The notes below the pieces were generated by a model. That model was not told the origin of the DNA and searched no databases. It worked only from the letters and a program-made list of their open reading frames with translations. A DNA stretch of 62,890 nucleotides, the filler included, from Octopus bimaculoides (Eukaryota): the NCBI RefSeq assembly GCF_001194135.2. It is 3 parts of 2 records of this genome, joined end to end, with 100 filler letters (N's around TTAATTAATTAA, not from the genome) between each part and the next. Parts side by side here need not be neighbours in the genome. Positions count along the whole stretch, not along the records: positions 40,418 to 62,890 come from NC_068986.1; 2 more parts are not named here. One strand, written 5' to 3'. Numbering within the stretch: the stretch's first letter is position 1; the number at the start of each line of letters is the position of its first letter. Position numbers and translations under genes: made by a program. Below, piece by piece: positions 50,351 to 62,890 of the stretch.

Positions 50351-50445
50351 CGGCTGATAAACCCTTCATGGTATATCAGCCGTAACGTTGTGTTAACAAC
50401 AAACAAGATGAGGACAAATATCCGTTAAATGTAAATAATGCAAAT
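50351..50445 (+). mobile_element. 3' fragment of the Penelope terminal repeat with a partial hammerhead
   Basis: GGTATATCAGCCGTAACGTTGTGTTAACAACAAACAAGATGAGGACAAATATCCG matches the reverse complement of 985-1055. Confidence 0.8.
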
Positions 50446-50679
50446 AAAAGAATAGATAGATATACACATATATGTGTGTGTGTGTGCCTATGTGTCTGTG
50501 TGTCTTCGTGTGTGTATACATACATATATATATATATGTATTTGATTAATAAATTCAAAAAAGGGATATAAATTCTTTTACAAGAATTTTATCAAGAAGC
50601 CAGTGTGTAAAACATTCATAAGGGAAATTTCTATTCCCAAGAATATAATTATACGCCCCTTATGATGCCCCTTATATAA

Positions 50680-50711
<32 letters not shown>

Positions 50712-50735
50712 TTATACGGATAGACGTAAACATGC

Positions 50736-50776
<41 letters not shown>

Positions 50777-50778
50777 GT

Positions 50779-50838
<60 letters not shown>

Positions 50839-51749
50839 TGCTCGGAATGAGGAGTAGATAGATAGCCGACAACTGATAAATGGTCCTGTCTGACGTTTGC
50901 TTACGTATCTCATGTTGTTTGCACCATTGGCGACGTCTTGTACCTATCTCTGTCTTTTCAGCGATGTCAAGATGAATATTAATGATGGATGTTAGTGCTG
51001 GAGTTTTGTTTTCTGATTTCTTAATGAACAACATTTCGTATATTATAGAATTGGGATGCGAATGGAAATTTATTTTTGTCAGTCAGTTCAGTTTTTTCTC
51101 ATGCGCAGTAACGTTGATACCACGCAGTCATCTTGTAGTATCATGTTTATTTATATAAGAAATTATTTATCAACCTTGTTTTGATATACATATTTGGTCA
51201 CCATCTCTAACGTTTACATCTTATCAAACTCGTACATAATCTTGTTATAAGCCTATGTAATGCATAATAAATGTTTATCACAGCCGTTGGTGATGACAGT
51301 CGGAACTTTCGTTTTGCTGATTTTTAACCCCATGTCAACACTTATCGAGCATATTTATGATGAATGACGTTCTACTTTTTAAAGGTGTGGAAGAGTATAA
51401 TGTCTAATGTGTGTATTTGTCATGTAAGTGGGTAGTGTGTTGATTGAGGGACATTTAGATATTCTTACAATGGTTGTTTGGTTGTTTTTCTTATACAAAC
51501 ATTTAATCGCTGAACAAATATAACTGTCTTCCAAATTCCAAAGGTGATGGAGTTTTGGGGGTTCCTTTTTTTTTTTTTTTTCATTTACAGTCTCTGTAAA
51601 GGAAGGAATTTATGCGTTGAATATGCTTCCATCTAAATATATATTTCGTTGAAGCAAGAGGATTTTCGAGCCATTAAAGAAGCCTATATTTGGCCACTTG
51701 ACATGCCAAGAATAAGGAGCAAATATCCATAGAGTCACAAGGCCTCAGT

Positions 51750-51865
51750 CTCATTCACAGCTCCTTAAATGCAATTGGCCGATGCATTGGGCAGCAAGAT
51801 GGCTCCAACAATCTCGGTCCTCATTAACGTCGCCAGTCTCTTCCCAAGTGATGCTAAGTTGCTTC
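51750..51865 (-). mobile_element. RTE-like 3' end fragment
   Basis: ITWEETGDVNEDRDCWSHLAAQC resembles RTE C-termini. Confidence 0.45.
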
Positions 51866-51869
51866 ACAT

Positions 51870-52320
51870 CGCCGGTCGAAATGCTTAGCAGCATTTCATC
51901 CGTCTTTGCGTTCTGAGTCCAAATTCCGCCGGGATCGATTTTCATCCTTTCGGAGTCGATATACTATTTATTGTTTGTATATTGGGGTCATTGTAATCGA
52001 CGTAACCTCCATTGAAATAGCTGGCCTTGTGCCAAAATTTCAAACCATCATTTGTATTATTAATACTGTGTTATTATTAAAAGCAGCGACCTGGCAGAAT
52101 CGTTAGCACGCCGGACAACGGCATTGTGTACGTCCTCACATTCTGAGTTCAAATTCCACCGAGGTCAACTTTGCCTTTCATCCTTTCGGGTTCGATAAAT
52201 TAAGTAGCAGTCAAGTACTGGTTTCGATGTGGTCGACTATCCCCCTCACCACACAAATTCCAGGCCTTGTGCCTATAGGAGAAAGGATTATTATTATTAT
52301 CATTATTATTATTATTGTTA
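51870..52320 (+). mobile_element. Two tandem SINE family C copies with an (ATT)n tail
   Basis: GAAATGCTTAGC...CAAATTCCGCCG at 51878-51960 and GGCAGAATCGTTAGCACGCCGG...GGCCTTGTGCCTATAG at 52079-52290. Confidence 0.8.
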
Positions 52321-53142
52321 TTATTATTATTGCAGAGTATATCGCACGTGTTTTCGAACGCTCCAAATATGTCATTTGTAGTAGTAGTAGTAGTATCACC
52401 TTTCCTTTTACAGTTCATATTTCCATTTGTAAACAGTCTTTCTGTTTTAGTATTAATATACCGAACGGTATGCATGAACTGACATGTAGTGCATCGATTG
52501 TCATTGTATTTTGGATACTATTAATGTTTTATCATAGTTGTACGGGGTAAAATTTGGTTTTGTCAATAATTGCTTCAAACTTTTTGGTTGTCTTTTATTT
52601 TGAATCAATATTCTGTCAGAAATTATATCTTTTAGTTCGTTATTTTGCTCAATGTTTAATTTTGCATTGTAACAATATTTTAGTAACGTGTCTCTCTCTA
52701 TAGATGATATTATGTCCTGCTTTTGTGTTCCTATTTCTTGGATTGTTCTAACATATATTTGCTTAGCAGACTTTGTACCATTTTCTACAAGTAGAGAGGG
52801 ATGTTTTTGTTAGAGTACAAATCTTTTACGTTTTGTGAAACGCTTGCCTCTTGTATCACCGTCATCAACAATGGTACAAATATTCCTGACTAGACTATAT
52901 GGGATATAGCGTTTTGTATATATTCGACGTATGAGTGGGTTTTTTTTTAGGGGAGAGGTCTTAAAGTAAGTAACAGGAAAAGATCACAAGGAAGCTGCAT
53001 CTATTTGCGATGGATGCGTGAATGTAATTTGATTCCAGATATTGATTTAGCTATGAGGTCGCAATGGGGACATTGATGATTTTGATTTTTCCTGGGATAG
53101 GGCAAATGTGTCTGTTGGTTGCGGCATATAGTTCTTCTATTG

Positions 53143-53690
53143 TTATTTTTCTTCAACACAAATTGTTTGGATGTATCGTGTCACAGATCGATCTAGGCAA
53201 CGACTTTTCCAAGATGTCAAGTTAAACTGTAGAGAATTTAGTGATTGCTTCAATTTATCCTTATACCTAAGGACAGGTCTTCCTCTGGCACGATATCTCT
53301 CCACTTGCTGGCCATACAGAAGAATTTTCGAAATAGGGTCATTTCTCATTCGAGCAACATGTCCTACCCATCCGCACTGAATTCTCATCAGCATGCGTTG
53401 AATACTGAAGATATATTTTTCTAAGATTTTGGCATCTTAGCTTGCCATTTTACTTTGCATATGTTGCGCAAACAGCGTATGTCAAAGATTTCAAGACATT
53501 TTTTTATATGTCTGTAGTAGGGACACCAAGCTTCGGTCCCATACAAAGGTGTACTCAAAATAAAAGATTTGTATACACTTATTTTAGTCTTCAGAGTGAC
53601 ATCTTGTTCATCCCACAAACGATGGGCAAGTCTTCCAAAAGCACTTGTAGCCTTACATATATTCGAACATTGATTTCGTCATGAAGAATA
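53143..53690 (-). mobile_element. RTE-clade LINE 3' fragment
   Basis: KTKISVYKSFILSTPLYGTEAW...RCLRNICKVKWQ and WVGHVARM...KILLYG...RGRPVLRYKDKLK. Confidence 0.85.
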
Positions 53691-53699
53691 CTCTTGAAA

Positions 53700-54130
53700 T
53701 TACAGACTACAAAGAGCAAAGATGCGATATGATCAAATCCCAGAAGAAGCAACTGAGAATGCAGATTGCAAATTCCTGTGGGATACAATAATTCAGTGTG
53801 ACCATCAGATATGGCATCGGAAAAATAGCATTGTTGTGGTGACAAAAAAGGAGAAGAAAATGTTCGATGATCGACATAGCATGTCCTGATGACAACATGA
53901 TCAAAGAGAAAGAAGAAAAAGTGAACTCTGACGATCTGAAGTAGGAAATATGCAGGTCGTGGGAAATGAAGATAGAGCACATGATACCAGTAGTAATAGG
54001 CGCTCCTGGAAGTCATCTACCAGCATGGCTTAAAAAAGATTGATAGAAATTTACAGATAGACTACTAACACAAATCAACATTACTCGTAACTGCAAAAGT
54101 TCTCCGGAATGTACTTGAAGCATGATCCGT
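53700..54130 (+). mobile_element. R4/Dong-like LINE 3' fragment (REL endonuclease)
   Basis: ENADCKFLWDTIIQCDHQI...IVVVTKKEKK...IPVVIGA follows the LWD..IQTD...RRPDIVV...PVVIGALG pattern; AAC/AAT repeats follow at 54215-54420. Confidence 0.7.
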
Positions 54131-54365
54131 ACACAAGTGTCAACTTAGTCTAGTGTCTGTGGATAGCAGGCACATTCTATCATACTCAGCAAAATAAACT
54201 GACAGCTTTCATCAAAACGACAACAACGAAAACAATAGCAACAGCAACAACAATAATAATACTACTACTAATAATAATAATGATGACTTCTCTGTCAGTA
54301 CAAACCCCGTTAGACACAGCATCTTCAATCAACAGCATCACGATATTGGATTGTGTGCAACGTCT

Positions 54366-54423
<58 letters not shown>

Positions 54424-54589
54424 TTTCTTTATTAACCACAAAGGTTTACATTAAGAAAAACATTATGGAAAGTACTGGATTAAACAAAGAATGTGTGTGT
54501 GTATAAGTGTGAGTGCGTGTGTCGTTGTAAGGGTTTTACGTGTTAACAAAACTAACAAAATTATTTTAAAAAAAAGAAATGAATAATGT

Positions 54590-55130
54590 GTAATCCTCAA
54601 TAGGGAGGAGACTTTCTAGGATTTCTCATGGAAAACCCCATAAAGAACCATAGGTACTCCGACTTTTGGGGTTGGTGCCTTGTTTCCTTTACTTTTCTTT
54701 TTTCAACTACAGGCGTATGCTCAGGACAGGCCCATTCACTCGCACCTTTCTCGCCACTTTCATCCACCTTTCAGCAAATTGGATTAGCTGGAAGACAACA
54801 CTTACCTCTTTCACCTTATTTTCCTTTCCAAGTGAAATTTGCAGAAAAGGTCAGAGATTGGCCGAAGAGAAAAGTGTTGGTCTTTAACCACTACAATCTC
54901 GTCCACCATACAACCTCTTTCGGCATGGCCACTACAGAGCCTTTCCTTCCCAGCTGAAGGAAGTCAACGGGGTGATCTTTACGAAGGATTCAGTTGACAG
55001 CCGGATCCATCCCACGTGTGACAGCAGTGGTTCGACATAAACCTAGGTGTCAGCAGTGCTCGGGCCCTGGACGAGTACATGCAGGACCATCTCGTCGTCC
55101 AGCCTGCATCTCGGACGTCGTCGGCTGAAT
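54590..55130 (-). mobile_element. L1/Tx1-like LINE 3' fragment
   Basis: PRCRLDDEMVLHVLVQ (decayed CCHC knuckle), KEVVWWTR, FAERWMKVARKVRVNG. Confidence 0.6.
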
Positions 55131-57380
55131 ATGCCCTGATGCAATACCAAGCACTGGCTCTCATTGCTTTTGATCTTAACTGATTGGAAGTGTTATCATG
55201 TACATGTTTCGTTTTAATATCAAAGATGGGCTACAGCAAACATTCTGCTCAATACCGAAAATTTGCTTGCCAGTTGTTTGACCTTAAACATTTGAGCATG
55301 TTCCTTAGTCGCTGACGATGTGTGCATTTCTGATCCCAAGCAAAAGTAGTGGGGGAACACCGCGGCCATGTATTGAGAGTAAATTATAGTAAATTTCACC
55401 CAGCCTGCGCCCGCCCGCATACAGTGCGTTAGGCCGACGGTGCTGCACGCTTTGCGGCTCCACGAACCTCAATATTTCTCTTAGGGAGAGACTAGAAAGA
55501 GAGACGAAGAAGAAAGGAAAGTGACAGAGTGAGGTAAACGAGGAGGAAAAGTGCGAATGAAGAGAATGCCAAGAAATGTGAGAGAGGGGGAGAAAGAAAA
55601 ATAAAATTGGAAAGAACGAAGAAAGTGTGAAGGGGCTGAAATAAAGGGTGGTACAGAATATATATANNNNNNNNNNNNNNNNNNNNNNNNNNNNNNNNNN
55701 NNNNNNNNNNNNNNNNNNNNNNNNNNNNNNNNNNNNNNNNNNNNNNNNNNNNNNNNNNNNNNNNNNNNNNNNNNNNNNNNNNNNNNNNNNNNNNNNNNNN
55801 NNNNNNNNNNNNNNNNNNNNNNNNNNNNNNNNNNNNNNNNNNNNNNNNNNNNNNNNNNNNNNNNNNNNNNNNNNNNNNNNNNNNNNNNNNNNNNNNNNNN
55901 NNNNNNNNNNNNNNNNNNNNNNNNNNNNNNNNNNNNNNNNNNNNNNNNNNNNNNNNNNNNNNNNNNNNNNNNNNNNNNNNNNNNNNNNNNNNNNNNNNNN
56001 NNNNNNNNNNNNNNNNNNNNNNNNNNNNNNNNNNNNNNNNNNNNNNNNNNNNNNNNNNNNNNNNNNNNNNNNNNNNNNNNNNNNNNNNNNNNNNNNNNNN
56101 NNNNNNNNNNNNNNNNNNNNNNNNNNNNNNNNNNNNNNNNNNNNNNNNNNNNNNNNNNNNNNNNNNNNNNNNNNNNNNNNNNNNNNNNNNNNNNNNNNNN
56201 NNNNNNNNNNNNNNNNNNNNNNNNNNNNNNNNNNNNNNNNNNNNNNNNNNNNNNNNNNNNNNNNNNNNNNNNNNNNNNNNNNNNNNNNNNNNNNNNNNNN
56301 NNNNNNNNNNNNNNNNNNNNNNNNNNNNNNNNNNNNNNNNNNNNNNNNNNNNNNNNNNNNNNNNNNNNNNNNNNNNNNNNNNNNNNNNNNNNNNNNNNNN
56401 NNNNNNNNNNNNNNNNNNNNNNNNNNNNNNNNNNNNNNNNNNNNNNNNNNNNNNNNNNNNNATATATATACTTACATACAGGAGATCAAAAGTGTACGTA
56501 CGCCGCTATATGTATGTATAAAAAAAACGGAACTAGACCGTAACAGTCAATGACAAAACATCTGGACTGTTTGACGATACAAAAATAAAAACACGAAAAA
56601 ACAAGGACGGGTCATTCAGAGCATTGAATCATCAGTCGAGCTTTAGATATTCGTTGCAATTTCGGCCGTCCCTTTCCTTTCTTCTCCTCTTTCTCATCCC
56701 TCCCTAATTTTTCAATACCTCTGATGAAGAAAAGGAGTAGAGGGAATGAGGAGAAGGGAAAAGAAAAGTAAGACAGATGGGGAACAGCAAAGAAGCAGGG
56801 GAAGACAAAGAAATATAGAAGATTATAGAGGGATAGAGAGAGAGCCAAAGAAAATAGGCTGAGAACAGAGTCGCAGAAATTATATATAAATGTAAAAACT
56901 TACTGTTGAAAAAATTTGCAGCATTCATCTTGAGAAAGTTTCTAGTATAGTTACAACATTCATCTTGAGAAAGCTTACTGGTAATAGGCACACAATGTAC
57001 CAGTATTAAATGAAGAACGTCTAGCAGCGATAGTGAAATGGCTAAAGCATGGCTTCTGTGTCTTTACTGGCACATATCCTCTATCAATCAGATACTTAGA
57101 TAAATTTTTTCTCTACTAATATAGAAAAACAATTGTCAACAAATCACTGTAGTCGCAAATTGCTTGCAGGTTGTTTTTCTATATCAGTATTCGTAAGACG
57201 AATACTGCAGTTTTGTGGGTTTCTGTATTATATCCACGATAAGTAATAGTGCTTTTGCTGTTAAGAAAGATTATATACATACATACAGACAGACAGACAG
57301 ACAGACATACATAAATATATATATGCATACATATGCATAAACACACATACACACATACGTATGTGTAGTGTGTGAGTGTA

Positions 57381-57439
<59 letters not shown>

Positions 57440-58313
57440 TCCAATGGGTCTGAGACCTCGATATCACTCCCACTCCTCTTGCAAAAGTATAATGAATCGA
57501 AGGCCACCATCATGTATGTAAGGGAGGATGGAGGAACAGTTGATATGTATTTTACAAAAGATGTTTGTTGTCGAAGCTTTTTCGCCGTGAAGGTATTGAA
57601 GTTGAGATAAACTTCGTCCCAGTATTATTTAAACAGCTTCATTTATCTGATTGAAGGGACATCTCAGGCTTTTCACAGCATCGAAGTAAATCTTGGTTTT
57701 AATTGTTGAATCCAAGTAAAATCAGAAGAGTATTTACGTCTTCTTAAATAAATTACCGATGAAGTAGTTCTATTATCATCGGTGGTGACGTTTTTAGTTT
57801 TAGCTGTGGTAGTATTACTTTTAGCCATAATCGTGTTAGCGAGTTTCCACGTGGTGTAGATGTATACTTTAAAATCTGTTCAGTATAACGCTTTGATGTT
57901 GAGTAAAAGGTGTTTCTCTTATTCATTATTCGAGAAGTGAACCAGTTACCGATTTAAACTGGAGAAGTCGGCATATTTCTAGAGGAAGGTGTTCAAAACG
58001 GCCTTTTTAAACAGTCGTCTACACCTGCACAACCGATGTTGACGGCGCCATTATGTATGTAGATATGTAAGTATGTATGTGTCTATGCATGTATAGGAGC
58101 GTGTGGGCATTTTGGGACACACCTTAACTCAGACACACATTCATAACATACAAATATAAATTTTTGTACTCAACAGTGTCATTCTATTTTCTGATTTAAC
58201 AAGTTCTTCTCTAGTCTCATTTGATCTCCCTCCCATTCCGTCTTTCCCAAAGCACCTATACACATATATGTCTCTGTGTGGGCATGTGTGTATATATGTG
58301 TATATATATATAT

Positions 58314-58352
<39 letters not shown>

Positions 58353-58704
58353 TGTATGTGTGCGTGCGTGCGTGCGTGCGCGCGTGTGTGTGTGAGTGTG
58401 TCTGTGCAAGTACATACATACATGCATACACACACCACACATAATCAAATATATACGTATGGAGAAATTCGGTCAAGCAATGCTAGGAATATTGTTGCCA
58501 AAAATCAAAGCGTCCCAGAATGATTCTCTAGTTTCATGAGCGCGCTTTCTCAGTTAGGTCAAGCTGACCCAAATCCTGCTAGCTGGCTTGTAGACTTCAA
58601 AGGCAGCAGAAATATCGCCACAAGAGATACAAGGTTACGTGATGAAATATAAAATGTGATCCCCATTATAATTCAGCAATAGGAAATGTAAAGCAATTCT
58701 ACTT

Positions 58705-58783
58705 TCGTATGTATGTATGTATGTATGTATGTAGGTATGCATGCATGTATGTATGTATGTATGTAAGTATGTATGTATGTATG

Positions 58784-58816
<33 letters not shown>

Positions 58817-58825
58817 TTGTATGCA
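58705..58825. repeat. (TATG)n microsatellite
   Basis: Directly visible. Confidence 0.95.
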
Positions 58826-58920
58826 TGTATATAATTCTACATATTTACATACATATATCGTACATTAAATATATACATGTATGGATACATATATAATGTA
58901 TATATATATATGTATATATT

Positions 58921-58954
<34 letters not shown>

Positions 58955-59443
58955 NNNNNNNNNNNNNNNNNNNNNNNNNNNNNNNNNNNNNNNNNNNNNN
59001 NNNNNNNNNNNNNNNNNNNNNNNNNNNNNNNNNNNNNNNNNNNNNNNNNNNNNNNNNNNNNNNNNNNNNNNNNNNNNNNNNNNNNNNNNNNNNNNNNNNN
59101 NNNNNNNNNNNNNNNNNNNNNNNNNNNNNNNNNNNNNNNNNNNNNNNNNNNNNNNNNNNNNNNNNNNNNNNNNNNNNNNNNNNNNNNNNNNNNNNNNNNN
59201 NNNNNNNNNNNNNNNNNNNNNNNNNNNNNNNNNNNNNNNNNNNNNNNNNNNNNNNNNNNNNNNNNNNNNNNNNNNNNNNNNNNNNNNNNNNNNNNNNNNN
59301 NNNNNNNNNNNNNNNNNNNNNNNNNNNNNNNNNNNNNNNNNNNNNNNNNNNNNNNNNNNNNNNNNNNNNNNNNNNNNNNNNNNNNNNNNNNNNNNNNNNN
59401 NNNNNNNNNNNNNNNNNNNNNNNNNNNNNNNNNNNNNNNNNNN

Positions 59444-59478
<35 letters not shown>

Positions 59479-60152
59479 TACATATATATATATATATATA
59501 TACGAAACACACACATTTACTTACCTATGCAGAGTGTAGGAGAGAGAAAGAGAAGGGGAGAGAGAGGGTGAGAGAGAGAAGGAGAGAGAGAGAACAAAAA
59601 CAGAGGAGCAGCAATGAACGTTTCGGGTGCGATTTAAACGGATTATGAAAGAAAATTCTAGATCGGACTAATACATATCAGTCGTACGGAAGTTTCATAC
59701 CAACATACACACGTTCATTCGGTCTCTCTGTTTCCGTTTGCCCTCTCATTTCTCTCTCTAATTTATTCCGCACACTCACAGAGACTCCTACACACATACA
59801 CGATTCTATAAGTAGTCTATGTTTCTGTGTATTGAAATATTTATACAGTAAAGATATAACGTTCTGTTTGGAAACTTACACATTCCAGTATATTGCCACG
59901 CATCACTGTTATTTTCTCGCGTGTATAATCCGTAACAAGTGTCCCATAAGTAATGGCGGATTTAACATCATAATCATACTTAGTTCATGTGATACAGGTG
60001 GAAAATTTAATGTATGTGCGTATGTGTGTGAGTGTGTTAGTGGGCGAATGGAATGTGTGCCTGTGTTCTGTGTTCTGCCAATCTATCTATTTTTACTGCC
60101 ACGCTCTTCCTCTGTACGTATATACACACACAGATATATATGTATATATTTT

Positions 60153-60197
<45 letters not shown>

Positions 60198-61802
60198 NNN
60201 NNNNNNNNNNNNNNNNNNNNNNNNNNNNNNNNNNNNNNNNNNNNNNNNNNNNNNNNNNNNNNNNNNNNNNNNNNNNNNNNNNNNNNNNNNNNNNNNNNNN
60301 NNNNNNNNNNNNNNNNNNNNNNNNNNNNNNNNNNNNNNNNNNNNNNNNNNNNNNNNNNNNNNNNNNNNNNNNNNNNNNNNNNNNNNNNNNNNNNNNNNNN
60401 NNNNNNNNNNNNNNNNNNNNNNNNNNNNNNNNNNNNNNNNNNNNNNNNNNNNNNNNNNNNNNNNNNNNNNNNNNNNNNNNNNNNNNNNNNNNNNNNNNNN
60501 NNNNNNNNNNNNNNNNNNNNNNNNNNGAGAGAGAGAGAGAGAGAGAGAGAGCGTTATATATATATATGTATTTATGTGTGTATATTTACATACTTACGAA
60601 CACAGGCTCATCGACACACGCTCTATCTCTCTCTCTGTCTGTCACTCTCTCTTGTATCTTTCTCATACATACACACTCACTCAGATACATTCACACACAT
60701 AACCAATGTAAGAGAAGAAATGAAATGGAAAGTATCAAACAACTCATTTAGTTGGAGATGCATCCTTTGAACTTCCACTTGATACATCTCCGTACGTCTT
60801 TTGGAGTAGAAGTGCCCTACACCCAAGAACATTCAAGTGACACGGTGTTGTGTTTAATTTTTATGAAATACGCATATTAGTTCAGGCACACTGGCACACA
60901 CACCCATATATCCATGTGAATGTATAAGTATATAATGCATGTATGTATGTGTATATATATATATATGTATATATATATATAAACGGGATGTATTCTTTCT
61001 GATGTTATATCTGTTCCTGAATGATGTGTAAAGAAATTTTGAATTAAGCATCGTAATGAATTCTTTATACTGAAATATATATTGAAGAAGATAAATATGT
61101 TCTTTTGAATTTATACGTTTTTGAGTCGTAACTCCTTTATTATTATNNNNNNNNNNNNNNNNNNNNNNNNNNNNNNNNNNNNNNNNNNNNNNNNNNNNNN
61201 NNNNNNNNNNNNNNNNNNNNNNNNNNNNNNNNNNNNNNNNNNNNNNNNNNNNNNNNNNNNNNNNNNNNNNNNNNNNNNNNNNNNNNNNNNNNNNNNNNNN
61301 NNNNNNNNNNNNNNNNNNNNNNNNNNNNNNNNNNNNNNNNNNNNNNNNNNNNNNNNNNNNNNNNNNNNNNNNNNNNNNNNNNNNNNNNNNNNNNNNNNNN
61401 NNNNNNNNNNNNNNNNNNNNNNNNNNNNNNNNNNNNNNNNNNNNNNNNNNNNNNNNNNNNNNNNNNNNNNNNNNNNNNNNNNNNNNNNNNNNNNNNNNNN
61501 NNNNNNNNNNNNNNNNNNNNNNNNNNNNNNNNNNNNNNNNNNNNNNNNNNNNNNNNNNNNNNNNNNNNNNNNNNNNNNNNNNNNNNNNNNNNNNNNNNNN
61601 NNNNNNNNNNNNNNNNNNNNNNNNNNNNNNNNNNNNNNNNNNNNNNNNNNNNNNNNNNNNNNNNNNNNNNNNNNNNNNNNNNNNNNNNNNNNNNNNNNNN
61701 NNNNNNNNNNNNNNNNNNNNNNNNNNNNNNNNNNNNNNNNNNNNNNNNNNNNNNNNNNNNNNNNNNNNNNNNNNNNNNNNNNNNNNNNNNNNNNNNNNNN
61801 NN

Positions 61803-61896
<94 letters not shown>

Positions 61897-62795
61897 ATGT
61901 ATGCCATTAATATTCTTGTTTAGAAATGATAATGTACTCAACAAAAGTATAGAGTAACTCATCAGATTAACGTAAAATTGCCTTATTTAACTGAAAAAAA
62001 ATACATATAGATACATACACACACACACACATATATATATAGAGAGAAATAGAGGGGGGCGTGGGAGAGAGATAAAGAGAGAGAGAAAGGTTTCAATATA
62101 TGCATACATACACATATGCATGTATATGTATATATACACATGTACATATGTATATATGTATGTAAAGAGAGAGGGAGAGAGAGAGTTAGACAGAAAGAAA
62201 AGAGAAGGTGACTAAGAGAGACAGACAGACAGAGATAGGCAGAGAGACAGAGAGAAAAAGAGAGATACATAGATACATAGGAAGATACCAACAAAGGGAA
62301 TGGAATGGAGAATATAAGTTTACACACGGGATACAGAATAGACGGAATGTTAGACAAAGAGCAGTGTATATATGAGTGTCTGTTGGCGTGTGGTATTGTG
62401 TCTTAGTATGTATGTGTGTATTTCAGTGTTCATATGTGTATAACATAATAAATGTTCATATATGTGTATATGTCTATATGTATATATGTGAGGATTTTGT
62501 TAGTGCCAGATATTACGCCTGTATCTGTGAGTCAAACTCTGTATATCAGCCAATTCACAATATTCGGCTAACGTTTAAAGAAATAAATAGAATTTCTGAA
62601 ATTTATTGTCTGTATTCAATGTGTCTAGATATTTTATTTTAGTTGCTTTGGCAGAACATACAGTAAGCATTTTAAAATATGGCTAGTTGGATAGCAAGCA
62701 ATGTATAGCTGTACAGTTTGTTGCCAGAATATGAGCAGAACAAGAAGATATCTATCCACACAGTTGAGTAGACAACATCAAACTCCTAGGACACT

Positions 62796-62890
<95 letters not shown>
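62796..62890. repeat. (TAA)n microsatellite
   Basis: Directly visible; runs to the window end. Confidence 0.95.

Noticed and set aside
57490-58050. Possible Penelope RT remnant
   Set aside because: Too degenerate; resemblance is impressionistic only
11135-62642. Long ORF-track entries rich in X, YI, VC, LSIY or HT
   Set aside because: They are translations of N gaps and di/tetranucleotide microsatellites, not proteins
1-62890. CRISPR array, rRNA or operon-like system
   Set aside because: No repeat-spacer array, rRNA-like sequence or compact gene cluster is visible; the sequence is eukaryotic repeat-rich DNA

Overview
Repeat-dense, AT-rich eukaryotic genomic DNA with many N gaps. The SINE families and microsatellite load resemble an octopus (coleoid cephalopod) genome; this is recognition from memory, not a database result. 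No multi-exon host gene could be identified. The window is mostly transposon debris: a full-length but decayed RTE LINE with an 11-bp TSD, fragments of HERO-, CR1-, CRE-, R4/Dong- and L1/Tx1-like LINEs, several Penelope-like (PLE, GIY-YIG) remnants, mariner and hAT fossils, several SINE families and microsatellites. Two 100-bp gaps carry an artificial TTAATTAATTAA joining linker, so the window spans three joined segments. The most interesting signal is a Penelope terminal repeat that puts a tRNA-like (Pol III A/B box) module and an (AAT)n spacer in front of a minimal hammerhead ribozyme; it occurs both attached to a GIY-YIG ORF and as a free SINE-like copy. Also notable: a candidate promoter and first coding exon(s) of a minus-strand gene at about 20.4-20.7 kb, a second promoter-like motif cluster at about 11.9-12.1 kb, and a mariner derivative built from two left ends. 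Most element boundaries are approximate and were read by eye.
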